A DNA stretch of 64,000 nt from Candidatus Zixiibacteriota bacterium (GTDB lineage: Bacteria > Zixibacteria > MSB-5A5 > WJJR01 > JAJRUJ01), in assembly GCA_020051695.1 (NCBI GenBank), contig JAGVQM010000019.1:79937-143936 (forward strand), read 5' to 3'. The translations under genes were made by a program, and so were the position numbers. Position 1 is the first letter of the stretch. Each line of letters opens with the position of its first letter. The notes beneath the pieces were generated by a model that was given only the letters and a program-made list of their open reading frames with translations, ran no database searches and was not told the DNA's origin. Of this stretch, positions 63,391 to 64,000 are shown one piece after another.

Positions 63391-63969
63391 TCACCCTTGA
63401 TGGGGGGGCCTGCGGGCGGTGAAGAAAATCCACTGCGGATGGCAGTCACCGGGACCGACCCGGGTGATCCAGCATTCAAAGGAGATGAAACCGATTTGTT
63501 CGAGGTCGCGCCGGGGCTGGTCCGGGGAGGTGATCATGGTATCACAACCACGGTTTGTCAGCAGGGCAGTGAAATGGTCTTGATCATAGTCGACGGCCCG
63601 GGGCGCATCGGCCCCATAGCCCATCTGTACCGATAACCGGCCGCCCGGGCGCAGCACGCGAAAAAACTCGGCAAACAGATTGTACCGGGTGGAGTGGACC
63701 GGGATATGCTGCAGAGTTATCGTCGAAAAAACAAAATCATATGTTTCGTCCGCAAGTTCTGCCAGATCGTACCCGTTATTCACATACAGCCGGGGCAGCG
63801 GCACTTGATGATAGGCCAGGTTCTTGCGGGCATGGGCAATGTTGCCGGAGGAAATGTCGACCCCGTCCAGCCGGGCAAACCGTGAATGATATTTGATCAG
63901 GTTCCGTCCCGGTCCACAGCCGAAATCAAGGGCATATTTATCACGATAGCTCTCATCGACATATTTCAT
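63391..63969 (-). CDS. class I SAM-dependent methyltransferase
   Basis: Motif I LDFGCGPGRN, motif post-I DGVDIS, motif II FDFVFS. Complete 192-aa ORF with its start at 63969. Confidence 0.75.
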   Translation of the reverse strand: MKYVDESYRDKYALDFGCGPGRNLIKYHSRFARLDGVDISSGNIAHARKNLAYHQVPLPRLYVNNGYDLAELADETYDFVFSTITLQHIPVHSTRYNLFAEFFRVLRPGGRLSVQMGYGADAPRAVDYDQDHFTALLTNRGCDTMITSPDQPRRDLEQIGFISFECWITRVGPGDCHPQWIFFTARRPPHQG

Positions 63970-64000
63970 CAGGTATGTTTCATAGTCCGGCCATTCATTC

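Noticed and set aside
1-64000. Searched for CRISPR arrays, IS elements/transposases, integrases, rRNA and phage genes
   Set aside because: No spacer-repeat periodicity, no terminal inverted repeats with a transposase, no recombinase motifs, and no rRNA-like conserved stretches were found. The window appears to be chromosomal, without mobile-element cargo other than the tRNA-fragment scars.

Overview
High-GC (about 60%) bacterial contig, likely from a metagenome, from an anaerobe with a respiratory/sulfur-cycling lifestyle. I saw no transposases, integrases, CRISPR arrays or rRNA genes, and no intact tRNA gene.

Main content, in order:
- 1-1748: heavy-metal RND efflux pair, adaptor plus the first ~84 codons of a CusA/CzcA-type pump.
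- 2364-3795: two tRNA 3'-end-like fragments in direct orientation flanking an FN3 lipoprotein gene.
- 3882-8055: DUF1003, TspO and AsmA-family genes.
- 8363-9550: PerR/Fur-like regulator, rubrerythrin and rubredoxin as one oxidative-stress operon, with a candidate operator overlapping the promoter.
- 9653-19246: a sigma54-driven operon encoding a DsrMKJOP/Hmc-like membrane redox complex. It comprises an HdrD/DsrK-like CCG protein, a NarI-like cytochrome b, an NrfC-like Fe-S subunit, and an NrfD-like subunit fused to a C-terminal hexaheme cytochrome c. It is flanked by a response regulator / histidine kinase / response regulator set with Cys-rich PAS modules and by a PAS sigma54 activator.
- 16934-17689 and 19399-20092: two NifX-like (FeMo-cofactor-binding family) genes, the second next to a DUF134 gene.
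- 20435-24293: MacA-like adaptor with two FtsX permeases and no ATPase.
- 24294-24872: a 580-bp non-coding hairpin-rich region.
- 26091-29989: beta-lactamase-fold hydrolase, PLP dehydratase, terpenoid-cyclase-like repeat protein and inositol monophosphatase (IMPase).
- 37056-40242: a compact hgcAB mercury-methylation operon (hgcA with the NVWCAAGK cap-helix motif; hgcB, a 2x[4Fe-4S] ferredoxin ending in CC). Upstream in the same operon are an ArsR regulator, a Cys-rich membrane-anchored ArsD-like protein and a MerT-like membrane protein with a CCGP motif.
- 40383-40598: a SelW/Rdx-family selenoprotein gene with an in-frame TGA in a CxxU motif, hidden from ORF callers.
- 41559-44340: secDF with promoter and terminator.
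- 45060-50141: a TPR-domain sigma54 activator followed by a sigma54 promoter driving a lipoprotein gene and a run of tandem small hydrophobic peptide genes (two paralog pairs, one frameshifted).
- 50345-54631: DUF4159 protein plus a 1134-aa membrane coiled-coil protein.
- 54683-60358: dockerin-like surface protein, EamA transporter, a SWIB-domain protein with a histone-H1-like lysine-rich N-terminus, and hypotheticals.
- 60490-63969: two nucleotidyltransferases, a HAD phosphatase, GDPD and a SAM methyltransferase, probably a phospho-headgroup or compatible-solute cluster.

The two items I would prioritise are the hgcAB locus with its unusual accessory thiol-rich transporter/chaperone genes, and the sigma54-controlled small-peptide cluster.
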